Source of the DNA: Acidimicrobiales bacterium | Lineage (GTDB): Bacteria > Actinomycetota > Acidimicrobiia > Acidimicrobiales > Aldehydirespiratoraceae | Assembly: GCA_029263175.1 (NCBI GenBank) | Contig: JAJCXZ010000091.1 | Coordinates: 10,699-74,698, forward strand | Length of the DNA: 64,000 nucleotides | Direction: 5' to 3' | Part shown: positions 63,172 to 64,000 of the stretch, in pieces | Numbering within the stretch: the first letter of the stretch is position 1 | Layout of the letters: each line of letters begins with the position of its first letter | Program-made: the position numbers and the translations under genes | The notes under the pieces: model-generated | Seen by the model: only the letters and a program-made list of their open reading frames with translations | What the model was told of the DNA's origin: nothing | Databases searched by the model: none

Positions 63172-64000
63172 CCCGTCGGCGCAGCCACTTTCGGACCTCG
63201 GCAATCCAGAGCACCGAGCTCGCCATCGCCACCGCGATGACCCAGTCGGCCGCCGAGAGGCTGGCCGTGCCCATGGCCTCTTGCAGGAACGGCACGTAGA
63301 CAACCGCGAGTTGGAGGACCACCGATCCGGCGACGGCGAGGAGCAACCAGCGATTGATCGCCCAGTGGTGAAATGCACTCACCGTGTCGGACCGGGCACT
63401 GAAGCAGTTGAACAGTTGGGCGAGCACCAGCACCGTGAACGCTGCGGTACGTGCTTTGTCGAGGCTCGAGGAGCCGTCGATCAGGCCGCCGGGCAAGTAG
63501 GCGTCGAGCGTGGCGAGTGTGGCGACCGCCATCATCAGGCCGACGAGCACGATCCCGTGTTGCATCGGGACGTCGATCACCCGGGACCCCAGCGCTCGGG
63601 GCGGGCGTTGCATCAGATCCGGTTCGCCGGGATCGACGCCGAGTGCAAGTGCCGGGCCGGTGTCGGTCAGCAGATTGATCCACAGGATCTGTGTGGCCGT
63701 GAGCGGGGCGATCACCGCGGCATTGCCGGTCAAGCCGAGCACTCCCGCGAGCACGACACCGAAGAAAACGGTGAACACTTCACCGATGTTGGAGGAGAGC
63801 AAGTAGCGCAGAAAGCTCTTGATGTTGTGGAAGATGCTTCGCCCCTCCGCCACCGCGGCGGTGATGGTGGCGAAGTTGTCATCAGTCAGAACCATGTCTG
63901 ATGCCTCACGGGCCACATCGGTGCCAGTGATGCCCATGGCGGTTCCGATATCGGCTGCCTTCAACGCCGGCGCGTCGTTGACTCCATCGCCGGTCATGGC
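63131..64000 (-). CDS. P-type cation-transporting ATPase (type II-like), C-terminal part; 5' end runs off the window
   Basis: The hinge motif MTGDGVNDAPALKAADIG is followed by C-terminal TM helices. The frame stays open to position 64000. Confidence 0.9.
   Translation of the reverse strand, partial: AMTGDGVNDAPALKAADIGTAMGITGTDVAREASDMVLTDDNFATITAAVAEGRSIFHNIKSFLRYLLSSNIGEVFTVFFGVVLAGVLGLTGNAAVIAPLTATQILWINLLTDTGPALALGVDPGEPDLMQRPPRALGSRVIDVPMQHGIVLVGLMMAVATLATLDAYLPGGLIDGSSSLDKARTAAFTVLVLAQLFNCFSARSDTVSAFHHWAINRWLLLAVAGSVVLQLAVVYVPFLQEAMGTASLSAADWVIAVAMASSVLWIAEVRKWLRRRATATTRSAVRHRA

Noticed and set aside
62203-63378. 391-aa minus-strand ORF
   Set aside because: It is antisense to the TauE/SafE membrane protein gene, and its composition is Arg/Asp/Gly-rich. 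The plus-strand ORF has the expected TM pattern.
1-64000. CRISPR arrays, rRNA genes, transposases/integrases and prophage genes
   Set aside because: No regularly spaced short direct repeats, no rRNA-like sequence, and no DDE/tyrosine/serine recombinase motifs turned up among the credible ORFs.

Overview
This is a high-GC chromosomal segment of actinobacterial type. A more specific guess of an Acidimicrobiia-like organism rests only on protein flavour. It holds about 55 tightly packed protein-coding genes, many joined by 4-nt ATGA/GTGA start/stop overlaps. I found no rRNA, tRNA, CRISPR array, transposase or integrase. Most of the six-frame track consists of antisense or out-of-frame ORFs typical of GC-rich DNA, and I rejected those.

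Gene content from left to right:
- MFS transporter (partial)
- APH-kinase / class III aminotransferase / APH-kinase operon
- an orphan WXG100 + EccC-like ATPase pair
- HIT-like protein and an S9 peptidase
- regulator-modABC-SDR operon
- MscS channel
- phosphotriesterase-like / nitroreductase / O-methyltransferase operon
- Lrp regulator and an alpha/beta hydrolase
- ABC-2 exporter operon, divergent from an OmpR/HK two-component pair
- MacB-type ABC exporter with a peptidoglycan-binding adaptor
- two tandem paralogous lipoproteins
- quinone oxidoreductase plus an AhpD-like gene interrupted by an in-frame TGA
- NamZ/DUF1343, aroK, an FAH-family hydrolase, an aminotransferase and a NAT
- GIDE-LemA fusion
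- ilvD-tetR-small gene operon
- membrane protein and a second MFS transporter
- stand-alone LigD polymerase domain, ROK kinase, 2-hydroxyacid dehydrogenase
- small cNMP-binding protein and threonine aldolase
- AbiEi/DUF559 protein
- a 3,291-aa giant protein
- GBBH/TauD-like dioxygenase and a methyltransferase
- valS, a TauE exporter and a P-type ATPase (partial)

The most interesting observations are:
1. The giant gene encodes a zinc ribbon, a class III cyclase, a STAND NTPase, a TPR-like region and about 17 tandem uncharacterised modules.
2. A ~65-nt structured repeat occurs in three direct copies that bracket the AbiEi/DUF559 gene and the giant-gene block. One copy supplies the giant gene's stop codon.
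3. The AhpD-like gene has a TGA exactly at the second Cys of the CxxCxxxH motif, with a hairpin downstream, which makes it a candidate selenoprotein.
4. A 33-nt palindromic REP-like family occurs in three copies.
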